A stretch of DNA of 64,000 nucleotides, from the NCBI GenBank assembly GCA_051530055.1, contig CM121342.1:1212797-1276796 (forward strand). Direction: 5' to 3'. The position numbers and the translations under genes are program-made. The notes beneath the pieces were generated by a model. It saw only the letters and a program-made list of their open reading frames with translations, had not been told where the DNA came from and ran no database searches. Source of the stretch: Neoechinorhynchus agilis (taxonomy: Eukaryota; Animalia; Acanthocephala). Of the stretch, positions 36,593 to 49,826 are shown piece by piece; positions within the stretch are counted from its first letter, which is position 1; each line of letters opens with the position of its first letter.

Positions 36593-36952
36593 ATTGCAAT
36601 GAAAAATATACCAGATAAAAATTCGAAGCAAAAACCGGAAAAAACTGAAGACACAATTAACGTCCTACCATCTTGCTGGTCTCAATTAAGCAGGATTGCT
36701 GGTGGGAATCTCATGTCTTTAATACTTGACGAAAGCTTTCCCATGGACCCACAAATCACATTTTCGCAACTGTCCGAGCCGCCACTTGATCCGGAGCCAA
36801 TGACACAAGATGAGCTGTTGAAGGAGTTAAGAGTTTTCGTAGATAAAAAATATGAACGCAAAATGAAATCAAAGCCTATTTCTAATGCCCAAAAGGAAAC
36901 TGCTAATAATATAATGAAAAAAAGTGCTCCACCCGAAAGTAAAACTGATTAG
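36593..36952 (+). CDS. Hypothetical charged/Pro-rich protein, ~117-119 aa (possibly a terminal exon)
   Basis: Open frame preceded by the strong acceptor ttttacattttag (36592); protein-like composition; no family recognised. Confidence 0.45.
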   Translation: MAMKNIPDKNSKQKPEKTEDTINVLPSCWSQLSRIAGGNLMSLILDESFPMDPQITFSQLSEPPLDPEPMTQDELLKELRVFVDKKYERKMKSKPISNAQKETANNIMKKSAPPESKTD

Positions 36953-37123
36953 ACCATGTTTGACACTGCCATGTTAAGACATAAATTATAATTCCTAATA
37001 AAACGATTTTTAACAATTGTAAAAGTATTTCGGACGAAGAAGAGGATGCATCGAGACTCCTCACCGTACTGCCCGGAGCAAAGACAACTGCAGCCGACTA
37101 TGCTGACATTCTCGGGTCTCCAA

Positions 37124-40100
37124 AGCCATTGATCCCATCGCAGCCGCAAATAAAACCACAAGTTTCTACTCAAATTCTCGTTTTTTAATACATGATTTTA
37201 AGCGGTAACCAATCAAACTGTCAAAGTTTATAACAGATGTGCAAGTCAAATTGAAAAGTCAGACAAGAACAAATTTACAATAATTATTCCTTTCCGTCGG
37301 CTCCTTTAAGACATCGAACTACTTTTTTTATAGCCATTTTTTAGCATTATCCATATCCTTTATAGACCATTGATGACGGTCCTGATTGAACGTAAATTGA
37401 AAAATTTCATTAAATGAAAATATCGATTATTCTCCCTTTTAAACCTATTTAGTTTGATGTTTGTGATCCTCTATCGCCCTTTTGTCCTTAGCTTCCAATG
37501 TTTTATTGAATTCTATCCATAAAACAGCAACAGCACTATAATATAATCCTTGCAGCATTAAAGAAACAAACGATAATTTCCTCGGCTGTCAAATGAAAAA
37601 TTCAACCTCAAGCCATTGATCCTATCGCAGCCGCAAATAAAACCACAAGTTTCTACTCAAATTCTCGTTTATTAATACATTATTTTAAGCGGTAACCAAT
37701 CAAACTGTCAAAGTTTATAACAGATGTGCAAGTCAAATTGAAAAGTAAGACAAGAACAAGTTTACAATAATTATTCCTTTCCGTCGGCTCCTTTAAGATA
37801 TCGAACTACTTTTTTTATAGCCATTTTTTAGCATTATCCATATCCTTTATAGACCATTGATGACGGTCCTGATTGAACGTAAATTGAAAAATTTCATCAA
37901 ATGAAAATATCGATTGTTCTCCCTTTTCAACCTATTTCATTTGATGTTTGTGATCCTCTATCGCCCTTCTGTCCTTAGCTTCCAATGTTTTATTCAATTC
38001 TATCCATAAAACAGCAACAGCACTATAATATAATCCTTGCAGCATCAAAGAAACAAACGATCATTTCCTCGGCTGTCAAATGAAGAATTCAACTTCAAGC
38101 CATTGATCCTATCGCAGCCGCAAATAAAACCATAAATTTCTACTCAAATTCTCGTTTTTTAATACATGATTTTAAGCAGTAACCAATCAAACTGTAAAAG
38201 TTTATAACAGATGTGCAAGTCAAATTGAAAAGTCTGACAAGAACAAATTTACAATCATTATTCCTTTCCGCCGGCTCCTTTAAGATATCGAACTACATTT
38301 TTTATAGCCATTTTTTAGCATTATCCATATCCTTTATAGACCATTAATGATGGTCTTGATTGAACGTAAATTGAAAAATTTAATTAAATGAAAATATCGA
38401 TTGTTCTCCCTTTTCAACCTATTTCATTTGATGTTTGTGATCCTCATCGCCCTTTTGTCCTTAGCTTCCAATGTTTTATTGAATTCTATCAATAAAACAG
38501 CAACAGCACTATAATATAATCCTTGCAGCATCAAAGAAACAAACGATCATTTCCTCGGCTGTCAAATGAAGAATTCAACTTCAAGCCATTGATCCTATCG
38601 CAACCGCAAATAAAACCATAAGTTTCTACTCAAATTCTCGTTTTTTAATACATGATTTTAAGCGGTAACCAATCAAACTGTCAAAGTTTATAACAGATGT
38701 GCAAGTCAAATTGAAAAGTCAGAAAAGAACAAATTTACAATAATTATTCCTTTCCGTCGGCACCTTTAAGATATCGAACTACTTTTTTCATAGCAATTTT
38801 TTAGCACTATCCATATCCTTTATAGACCATTGATGACGGTCCTGATTGAACGTAAATTGAAAAATTTCGTTAAATAAAAATATCGATTGTTTTCCCTTTT
38901 CAACCTATTTCATTTGATGTTTGTGATCCTCTATCGCCCTTTTGTCCTTAGCTTCCAATGTTTTATTGAATTCTATCCATAAAACAGCAACAGCACTACA
39001 ATATAATCCTTGCAGCATCAAAGAAACAAACGATCATTTCCTCGGCTGTCAAATGAAGAATTCAACTTCAAGCCATTGATCCTATCGCAGCCGCAAATAA
39101 AATCACAAGTTTCTACTCAAATTCTCGTTTTTTAATACATGATTTTAAGCAGTAACCAATCAAACTGTCAAAGTTTATAACAGATGTGCAAGTCAAATTG
39201 AAAAGTCAGACAAGAACAAATTTACAATAATTATTCCTTTCCGCCGGCTCCTTTAAGATATCGAACTACTTTTTTTACAGCAATTTTTTAGCATTATCAT
39301 TATCCCTTATAGACCATTGATGACGGTTCTGATTGAACGTAAATTGAAAAATTTAATTAAATGAAAATATCGATTGTTCTCCCTTTTCAACCTATTTCAT
39401 TTGATGTTTGTGATCCTCTATCGCCCTTTTGTCCTTAGCTTCCAATGTTTTATTGAATTCCATCAATAAAACAGCAACAGCACTATAATATAATCCTTGC
39501 AGCATCAAAGAAACAAACGATCATTTCCTCGGCTGTCAAATAAAGAATTCAACTTCAAGCCATTGATCCTATCGCAGCCGCAAATAAAACCATAAATTTC
39601 TACTCAAATTCTCGTTTTTTAATACATGATTTTAAGCGGTAACCAATCAAACTGTCAAAGTTTATAACAGATGTGCAAGTCAAATTGAAAAGTCAGACAA
39701 GAACAAATTTACAATAATTATTCCTTTCCGTCGGCTCCTTTAAGATATCGAACTACTTTTTTCATAGCAATTTTTTAGCACTATCCATATCCTTTATAGA
39801 CCATTGATGACGGTCCTGATTGAACGTAAATTTAAAAATTTCATTAAATAAAAATATCGACTGTTCTCCCTTTTCAACCTATTTCATTTGATGTTTGTGA
39901 TCCTCTATCGCCCTTTTGTCCTTAGCTTCCAATGTTTTATTCAATTCCATCCATAAAACAGCAACAGCAGTATAATATAATCCTTCCAACATCAAAGAAA
40001 CAAACGATCATTTCCTCGGCTGTCAAATGAAGAATTCAACCTCAAGCCATTGATCCTATCGCAGCAGCAAATAAAACCACAAGTTTCTACTCAAATTCTC

Positions 40101-43100
40101 GTTTTTTTAATACATGATTTTAAGCAGTAACCAATCAAACTGTCAAAGTTTATAACAGATGTGCAAGTCAAATTGAAAAGTCAGACAAGAACAAATTTAC
40201 AATAATTATTCCTTTCCGTCGGCTCCTTTAAGATATCGAACTACTTTTTTTACAGCAATTTTTTAGCATTATCATTATCCCTTATAGACCATTGGATGAC
40301 GGTTCTGATTGAACGTAAATTGAAAAATTTAATTAAATGAAAATATCGACTTTTCTCCCCTTTCAACCTATTTCATTTGATGTTTGTGATCCTCTATCGC
40401 CCTTTTGTCCTTAGCTTCCAATGTTTTATTGAATTCCATCAATAAAACAGCAACAGCACTATAATATAATCCTTGTAGCATCAAAGAAACAAACGATCAT
40501 TTCCTCGGCTGTCAAATAAAGAATTCAACTTCAAGCCATTGATCCTATCGCAGCCGCAAATAAAACCATAAATTTCTACTCAAATTCTCGTTTTTTAATA
40601 CATGATTTTAAGCGGTAACCAATCAAACTGTCAAAGTTTATAACAGATGTGCAAGTCAAATTGAAAAGTCAGACAAGAACAAATTTACAATAATTATTCC
40701 TTTCCGTCGCCTCCTTTAAGATATCGAACTACTTTTTTTATAGCCATTTTTTAGCATTATCCATATCCTTTATAGACCATTGATGACGGTCCTGATTGAA
40801 CGTAAATTGAAAAATTTCCTCAAATGAAAATATCGATTGTTCTCCCTTTTCAACCTATTTCATTTGATGTTTGTGATCCTCTATCGCCTTTCTGTCCTTA
40901 GCTTCCAATGTTTTATTCAATTCTATCCATAAAACAGCAACAGCACTATAATATAATCCTTGCAGCATCAAAGAAACAAACGATCATTTCCTCGGCTGTC
41001 AAATGAAGAATTCAACATCAGGCCATTGATCCTATCGCAGCCGCAAATAAAACCAAAAATTTCTACTCAAATTCTCGTTTTTTAATACATGATTTTTAGC
41101 AGTAACCAATCAAACTGTCAAAGTTTATAACAGATGTGCAAGTCAATTGAAAAGTCAGACAGCAACAAATTTACAATAATTATTCCTTTCCGTCGGCTCC
41201 TTTAAGATATCGAACTACTTTTTTCATAGCAATTTTTTAGCACTATCCATATCCTTTATAGACCATTGATGACGGTCCTATTTGAACGTAAATTGAAAAA
41301 TTTCATTAAATGAAAATATCGATTGTTTTCCCTTTTCAACCTATTTCATTTGATGTTTGTGATCCTCTATCGCCCTTTTGTCCTTAGCTTCCAATGTTTT
41401 ATTCAATTCTATCCATAAAACAGCAACAGCACTATAATATAATCCTTGGTAGTGACCAAAAAGAAACAAAACGATCATTTCCTCGGCTGTCAAATGAAGA
41501 ATTCAACTTCAAGCCATTGATCCTATCGCAGCCGCAAATAAAACCATAAGTTTCTACTCAAATTCTCGTTTTTTAATACATGATTTTAAGTGGTAACCAA
41601 TCAAACTGTCAAAGTTTATAACAGATGTGCAAGTCATATTGAAAAGTCAGACAAGAACAAATTTACAATAATTATTCCTTTCCCTCGGTTCCTTTAAGAT
41701 ATCGAACTACTTTTTTTATAGCCATTTTTTACCATTATCCATATCCTTTATAGACCATTGGTTATGGTCCTGATTGAACGCAAATTGAAAAATTTAACTA
41801 AATGAAAATATCGATTGTTCTCCCTCAGCATCAAAGAAATAAACGATCATTTCCTCGGCAGTCAAATGAAGAATTCAACTTCAAGCCATTGATCCTATCG
41901 CAGCCGCAAATAAAACCATAAATTTCTACTCAAATTCTCGTTTTTTAATACATGATTTTAAGCAGTAACCAATCAGACTGTCAAAGTCTATAACAGATGT
42001 GCAAGTCAATTTGAAAAGTCAGACAAGAACAAATTTACAATAATTATTCCTTTCCGTCGGCTCCTTTAAGATATCGAACTACTTTTTTTATAGCCATTTT
42101 TTAGCATTATCCATATCGTTTATAGACCATTGATGACAGTCCTGATTGAACGTAAATTGAAAAATTTAATTAAATGAAAATATAGATTGTTCTCTTTTTT
42201 CAACCTATTTCATTTGATGTTTGTGATCCTCTATCGCCCTTTTGTCCTTAGCTCTCAATGTTTTATTCAATTCTATCCATAAAACAGCAACAGCACTATA
42301 ATATAATCCTTGCAGCATCAAAGAAACAAACGATCATTTCCTCGGCTGTCAAATGAAGAGTTCAACTTCATGTCATGGATTCTATCGCAGCCGCAAATAA
42401 AACCATAAGTTTCTACTCAAATTTTCGCTTTTTAATACATGATTTTAAGCGGTAACCAATCAAACTGTCAAAGTTTATAACAGATGTGCAAGTCAAATTG
42501 AAATGTCAGACAAGAACAAATTTACAATAATTATTCCTTTCCGTCGGCTCCTTTAAGATATCGAACTACTTTTTTTATAGCCATTTTTTACCATTATCCA
42601 TATTATTTATAGACCATTGATGATGGTCCTGATTGAACGTAAATTGAAAAATTTAACTAAATGAAAATATCGATTGTTCTCCCTCAGCATCAAAGGAACA
42701 AACGATCATTTCCTCGGCTGTCAAATGAAGAATTCAACTTCAAGCCATTGATCCTATCGCAGCCGCAAATAAAACCATAAATTTCTACTCAAATTCTCGT
42801 TTTTTAATACATGATTTTAAGCAGTAACCAATCAAACTGTCAAAGTTTATAACAGATGTGCAAGTCAAATTGAAAAGTCAGACAAGAACAAATTTACAAT
42901 AATTATTCCTTTCCGTCGGCACCTTTAAGATGTCGAACTACATTATTTATAGCCATTTTTTTAGCATTATCCATATCCTTTATAGACCATTGATGATGGT
43001 CCTGATTGAACATAAATTGAAAAATTTAACTAAATGAAAATATCGACTGTTCTCCCTTTTCAACCTATTTCATTTAATGTTTGTGATCCTCTATACCCTT

Positions 43101-43435
43101 TTGTCCTTAGCTTCCAATGTTTTATTCAATTCTATCCATAAAACAGCAACAGCACTATAATAAAATCCTTGCAGCATCAAATAAACAAACCATCATTTCC
43201 TCGGCTGTCAAATGAAGAATTCAACTTCAAGTCATTGATCCTATCGCAGCCGCAAATAAAACCATAAATTTCTACTCAAATTCTCGTTTTTTAATACATG
43301 ATTTTAAGCGGTAACCAATCAAACTGTCAAAGTTTAAACAGATGTGCAAGTCAAATTGAAAAGTCAGACAACAACAAATTTACAATAATTATTCCTTTCC
43401 GTCGGCTCCTTTAAAATATCGTACTACTTTTTTGT
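37124..43435. repeat. 487-bp satellite array: 11 full units, 2 deleted 372-bp units and a partial unit
   Basis: Unit marker agccattgat (with variants) at 37124, 37611, 38098, 38584, 39071, 39558, 40045, 40534, 41021, 41512, 41884, 42371, 42743 and 43230. Confidence 0.97.
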
Positions 43436-43830
43436 AGATTTTTTAGAATGAGCCGCATTATTTATAGACAATCAATGGCTGTACTTATGGAATGCAAATT
43501 AGAAAATTTAATCAAGAGAATATAAGGATCGTACGTTTAATGCGGTATGATGAAAAAGTAGGTCCTTTAATCTCGATATTGCTTGCGGCGTTCGAAAGTC
43601 TACCAAGTCGACATCGCAAAATGTCTGGTTGGAAGCACATCGAACATATTAACTCCGCATTTGATACAGAATGGGTACAAGACTTTCTCGAGAACAGACA
43701 CAAGACTTCGTGTCGTCGTGAGTGATGGTGGCATCCGTATTTTGCCAAAGATTCCTATAGGGCGCTAAAGAGCAATGAGTGGGAGACCTCTTCTATATAA
43801 AAAACCGTGAAACTTCTGTTAGATCTGAAT

Positions 43831-44193
43831 TCACATTGAGATTCTGATAAAACCTGATGGGGCTGCACGGTGAGCCGATTCAGGAGGATACTCAAAGGAA
43901 CCTTTCCTGGTGAGACAACAGAGAGATGGATCGATAATTTCCAGGGATGCCATGGTCGCCTTTTTTATGTTGGCATTTCGGAAGTCAGTATGCGAGCAAT
44001 TTTCTCTAGACAGTTGGGCAAAACGTCCCTTCAAGCGTTGACGGATCATCGCAGATTTTGTTCTCGCTGGCCTGTGAATATCACGGGTCTCTACATGGAA
44101 GTCGTAGATTTTGGATCTTCTCGTCGTTGTTGTCGAACCAGTCTTCGAGACGCCTATTTTTTCAGAACGATCCAGTCGAGTCGTCGGCCACAA
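43831..44193 (-). pseudogene. Internally deleted paralogue of the 50.7-51.1 kb sequence
   Basis: Shares ..SKIYDFH..PARTK..AMIRQRLKGRFAQLSRENCSHT..DFRNAN with the 50637-51199 region but lacks three internal segments (~41, 24 and 99 nt). Confidence 0.7.
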
Positions 44194-45416
44194 GAGAATC
44201 CTCGAAAGGAGATTTCAATTTTTTCACAAGTCGTCAATTTTGAATTTCTAAAGTTCGTTATACTGCAACGCTTTTCGTGCTTACTCTGAATGATAGTCGA
44301 TTACGGTATAATTTAACGATGACGTCATCTCCGAATAAAATTCTTTCCGATTTTATACAATACAATAACTGGTTTTCATCCTAATTATTCAGCTTGGGAG
44401 CAATTTCGCTCTGTTCGTCGGTAAAGTGAGCGGTTATGTGGATAGTTTGTGTGGCAAAAGCGTTTACCTGTTTTGCTGCGATTGCCATCACGTTTAAGTT
44501 TGCAAATTTTGATTGTTTTGCCAAGGGACGAAGTATTGTGACTTAATAATTTAGCTCAAAGTTTAAATTCCTTAATGGATGTTTAATAATAATGACACAT
44601 TTTATTCATTTTTCTGTTTAAGAAATTAGACTGATGTACCTTTGGTTTCCGTATTTTTGTTGGTGTGTCCGTTCGGGTCACGATGTCATGCCTGGGGATG
44701 TCCGGTCATTTTGCTTGATCGTTTTGGTTGCTTCGATTTCTATTCTAAAATTTCCAAATCTCAATAAGACAATTCGCTGACGTTGAAGAGCTATTTGTTT
44801 GTTCCGTCAAATTTCCCGTTTTCTCTGTTTGCAACGAAACCCGGTTGATATTTTTCCGACCTGCGATTGGAATCTATGATTTCTTTATGTTTTTTGTTGT
44901 GGCGGCTTTTCTTATTATTGGAGGTTTTTAAATTCACTAATATATTACTTTTCTATTTGAGAAGTTCTGTACTCGGATAATGATTTCCATTTTTAGAAGA
45001 TTGCTCTTGAATCTCGGATCAATTATTCGCTCTTTATAACTTGAGTATCCGCCCCATTTATCTTTAATATTTTTTGAGTTCCTTGGCACGGTAGCTTTGA
45101 GATTTGAACTTTGTTCAGGACGCTGGACAACTTTACTAATTCTACTATTGACATTTTGATGAAGGCTGTTTAAAAATACAAATTCACAACACTGGCATTA
45201 TTCGCGTTCTGCATAAATATTTGCTAGCATCAAATACTTGTTGTTGATAACAATAATATTTTCTGTTTTGCAAGCTATCTCAATTCTTCGTAGATACATT
45301 CACCGACTACTGCCTTTATCTTCGAAGAAAAACGTTGGATGTTCGAGGAACGCTCTCTAATGCTAAATTTTCTGTCGAGCGTTGTTGCGAATAACTTACC
45401 TTATTAAAAATTATTA

Positions 45417-45842
45417 TTGTTTAATTTAACGTCGATTGGACTTTGTATAGCTGATAAAATAATCGGTTATTGTTCAAAGTCAACAAACGATCGAATAGTT
45501 TGTGTCAACGTCGAAATTGGAACTTGTCAAGAAGCAAAGCAATGGAAAGGCACGACTTTTACAACTTTTGCAACACCAATGCTCAACCAAATCTTGGGCA
45601 CCCGCATTCATGTGAAAGCCAGAACCCAATTCCCAGATCAAATCTTACCTCTTGACCGTTCTGATATTGTCGTCGGCCTGGCAGATTCAATTACAATGAA
45701 ACACCTGCCAATATCCGGAGTATCGACTGCAATCAGGGAGGTTATTTGCCTAACAGTTCGGGCTCCTTTTGTGGAACCAAGCACAAAAGATCGCAGTAAC
45801 AACCGCATCCTAGAGCCTCCTCAAAGGGGTTCGACGTCCTAA
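45417..45842 (+). CDS. Questionable 141-codon ORF (TTG start), duplicated at 54966-55391
   Basis: Open in both duplicates (1 nonsynonymous and 1 synonymous difference seen); no recognisable motif; may be a shadow ORF. Confidence 0.25.
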   Translation: MFNLTSIGLCIADKIIGYCSKSTNDRIVCVNVEIGTCQEAKQWKGTTFTTFATPMLNQILGTRIHVKARTQFPDQILPLDRSDIVVGLADSITMKHLPISGVSTAIREVICLTVRAPFVEPSTKDRSNNRILEPPQRGSTS

Positions 45843-45938
45843 ATCCTCATTAGAATATTCTTTACATGGTCAGTTATTAACCGAGGTATTTACACACTGC
45901 AATATCCTCGATCCTTCTATGACGATTAAACGTAGTTG

Positions 45939-48900
45939 TCGTTTCCGAATCGAAATGTATCCTTTCCCGATCATATCGACTAATGATATTGTATTGGAAA
46001 TCCAATATTTCATTACACGGCTCTCTGCTGAAACGACCACGACTCTATTACCGACAATTGCCGCACCGAGACGTCAAATGAGATCGACAGCGTGAGAATC
46101 TTCGAATAACATTAGAATTAAATTATTAAAATCCGATTATAGTAGAAGCCCGGGGCCATTGACTATGTTCGTTCTCTTGGTCATCTTTAAGCCTTTCCAA
46201 TTCATCAATTGAACTGTCCCAACCATCTCTATCTTCTACGTCACCAGTTCCCGCGCTTCGTTTTCGAATGTTCTTTGATCTCGGTGATTTATGTTCGTTC
46301 TCTTCGTCATCTTTCAGGACTCCAAATTCATCAATTGAACTTCCCTAATCGCTTTAATCCTCTTCATCAGCATTTCACGCAGCTCATTTGCGAATTTCAT
46401 TCAATCTCTGTGATTTATATTCGTGCTCGCCGTCATTTTTAAGCGTTCCCAAGGCATCAAATAAACTTCTTCAAGCATCTTGATTATCATCGTCAATTAT
46501 TACTGTGTTTCGTTCTTTGATTCCTTTTATCCTCTGGATTTCATGTTTAGTCCTCGTTTCCGAATCGAAATGTGTCCTTTCCCGATCATATCGACTAATG
46601 ATATTGTATTGGAAATCCAATATTTCATTACACGGCTCTCTGCTGAAACGACCACGACTCTATCACCGACAATTGCCTCACCCAGACGTCAAATGAGAGC
46701 GTCAGCGTGAGAATCTTCGAATAACATTAGAATTAAATTATTAAAATCCGATTATAGTAGAAGCCCGGGGCCATTGACTATGTTCGTTCTCTTGGTCATC
46801 TTTAAGCCTTTCCAATTCATCAATTGAACTGCCCCAACCATCTCTATCTTCTACGTCACCAGTTCCCGCGCTTCGTTTTCGAATGTTCTTTGATCTCGGT
46901 GATTTATGTTCGTTCTCTTCGTCATCTTTCGGAACTCCAAATTCATCAATTGAACTTCCCTAATCGCTTTAATCCTCTTCATCAGCATTTCACGCAGCTC
47001 GTTTGAGAATTTCATTCAATCTCTGTGATTTATATTCGTGCTCGCCGTCATTTTTAAGCGTTCCCAAAGCATCAAATAAACTTCTACAAACGTCTTGATT
47101 ATCATCGTCAAATATTACTGTGTTTCGTTCTTTGATTCGCGCATCCTCTGGTTTCATGTTTAGTCCTCGCATCCGAATCGAAATGTGTCCTTTCCCGATC
47201 ATATCGACTAATGATGTTGTATTGGAAATCGTCTTCATTACACGGCTCTCCAACTCGAGATTTACTCTACACTTCGGTGTCATTTTTAGAAGTTCGCCAC
47301 TCTGCTGAAACGTCCACGACTCTATCACCGACAATTGCTGCAACGGGACGTCAATTGAGATCGCCAGCGTGAGAATCTTCGAATAACATTAGAATTAAAT
47401 TATTAAAATCCGATTATAGTAGAAGCCCGGGGCCATTGACTATGTTCGTTCTCTTGGTCATCTTTAAGCCTTTCCAATTCATCAATTGAACTGCCCCAAC
47501 CATCTCTATCTTCTACGTCACCAGTTCCCGCGCTTCGTTTTCGAATGTTCTTTGATATCGGTGATTTATGTTCGTTCTCTTCGTCATCTTTCAGGACTCC
47601 AAATTCATCAATTGAACTTCCCTAATCGCTATAATCCTCTTCATCATAATTTCACGCAGCTCGTTTGCGAATTTCATTCAATCTCTGTGATTTATATTCG
47701 TGCTCGCCGTCATTTTTAAGCGTTCCCAAGGCATCAAATAAACTTCTTCAAGCATCTTGATTATCATCGTCAATTATTACTGTGTTTCGTTCTTTGATTC
47801 CTTTTATCATCTGGATTTCATGTTTAGTCCCCGTTTCCGAATCGAAATGTGTCCTTTCCCGATCATATCGACTAATGATATTGTATTGGAAATCCAATAT
47901 TTCATTACACGGCTCTCCAACTCGAGATTTACTCTACACTTCGTTGTCATTTTTAGAAGTTCGCCACTCTGCTGAAACGTCCACGACTCTATCACCGACA
48001 ATTACCGCACCGAGACGTCAAATGAGATCGTCAGCGTGAGAATCTTCGAATAACATTAGAATTAAATTATTAAAATCCGATTATAGTAGAAGCCCGGGGC
48101 CATTGACTATGTTCGATCTCTTGGTCATCTTTAAGCCTTTCCAATTCATCAATTGAACTGCCCCAACGATCTCTATCTTCTACGTCAACTGTTCCCGCGC
48201 TTCGTTTTCGAATGTTCTTTGATCTCGGTGATTTATGTTCGTTCTCTTCGTCATCTTTCAGGACTCCAAATTCATCAATTGAACTTCCCTAATCGCTTTA
48301 ATCCTCTTCATCAAAATTTCACGCAGCTCGTTTGCGAATTTCATTCAATCTCTGTGATTTATATTCGTGCTCGCCGTCATTTTTAAGCGTTCCCAAGGCA
48401 TCAAATAAACTTCTTCAAGCATCTTGATTATCATCGTCAACTATTGCTGTGTTTCGTTCTTTGATTCCTTTTATCCTCTTGATTTCATGTTTAGTCCTCG
48501 TTTCCGAATCGAAATGTGTCCTTTCCCGATCATATCGACTAATGATATTGTATTGGAAATCCAATATTTCATTACACGGCTCTCCAACTCGAGATTTACC
48601 CTACACTTCGGTGTCATTTTTAGAAGTTCGCCACTCTGCTGAAACGTCCACGACTCTATCACCGACAATTGCCTCACCCAGACGTCAAATGAGATCGTCA
48701 GCGTGAGAATCTTCGAATAACATTGGAATTAAATTATTAAAATCCGATTATAGTAGAAGCCCGGGGCCATTGACTATGTTCGTTCTCTTGGTCATCTTTA
48801 AGCCTTTCCAATTCATCAATTGAACTGCCCCAACCATCTCTATCTTCTACGTCACCAGTTCCCGCGCTTCGTTTTCGAATGTTCTTTGATCTCGGTGATT

Positions 48901-49826
48901 TATGTTCGTTCTCTTCGTCATCTTTCAGGACTCCAAATTCATCAATTGAACTTCCCTAATCGCTATAATCCTCTTCATCAAAATTTCACGCAGCTCGTTT
49001 GCGAATTTCATTCAATCTCTGTGATTTATATTCGTGCTCGCCGTCATTTTTAAGCGTTCCCAAGGCATCAAATAAACTTCTTCAAGCATCTTGATTATCA
49101 TCGTCAATTATTATTGTGTTTCGTTCCTTGATTCCTTTTATCCTCTGGATTTCATGTTTAGTCCCCGTTTCTGAATCGAAATGTGTCCTTTCCCGATCAT
49201 ATGGACTAATGATATTGTATTGGAAATCCAATATTTCATTACACGGCTCTCCAACTCGAGATTTACTCTACACTTCGGTGTCATTTTTAGAAGTTCGCCA
49301 CTCTGCTGAAACGTCCACGACTCTATCACCGGCAATTGCTGCACCGAGACGTCAAACGAGATCGTCAGCGTGAGAATCTTCGAATAACATTAGAATTAAA
49401 TTATTAAAATCCGATTATAGTAGAAGCCCGGGGCCATTGACTATGTTCGTTCTCTTGGTCATCTTTAAGCCTTTCCAATTCATCAATTGAACTGCCCCAG
49501 CCATCTCTATCTTTTACGTCAACAGTTCCCGCGCTTCGTTTTCGAATGTTCCTTGATCTCGGTGATTTATGTTCGTTCTCTTCGTCATCTTTCAGGACTC
49601 CAAATTCATCATTTGAACTCCCCTAATCGCTTTAATTCTCTTCATCAGCATTTCACGCAGCTCGGTTGCTAATTTCATTCAATCTCTGTGATTTATATTC
49701 GTGCTCGCCGTCATTTTTAAGCGTTCCCAAGGCATCAAATAAACTTCTTTAAGCGTCTTGATTATCATCGTCAACTATTACTGTTTTTCGTTCTTTGATT
49801 CCTTTTATCCTCTGGATTTCATGTTT
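45939..49826 (-). repeat. 667-bp tandem array A (~5.9 units), derived from a coding sequence
   Basis: Marker gaatcttcga at 46096, 46711, 47373, 48040, 48707 and 49374. The leftmost units share a 52-bp deletion. Each unit holds a 217-codon minus-strand fossil frame. Confidence 0.97.

Noticed and set aside
37124-43435. Coding origin of the 487-bp satellite (a minus frame vaguely like a K2P channel; another with CCCC and GQKGDRGSQ collagen-like triplets)
   Set aside because: 8-9 stops per unit in the best frame versus roughly 12 expected; not significant across six frames, and the motifs are too short or degenerate.
43831-44193. Processed retrocopy of the 51-kb gene (deletions = spliced introns)
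   Set aside because: The deleted segments lack exact GT..AG boundaries on either strand; the best plus-strand case leaves 4 extra nt.
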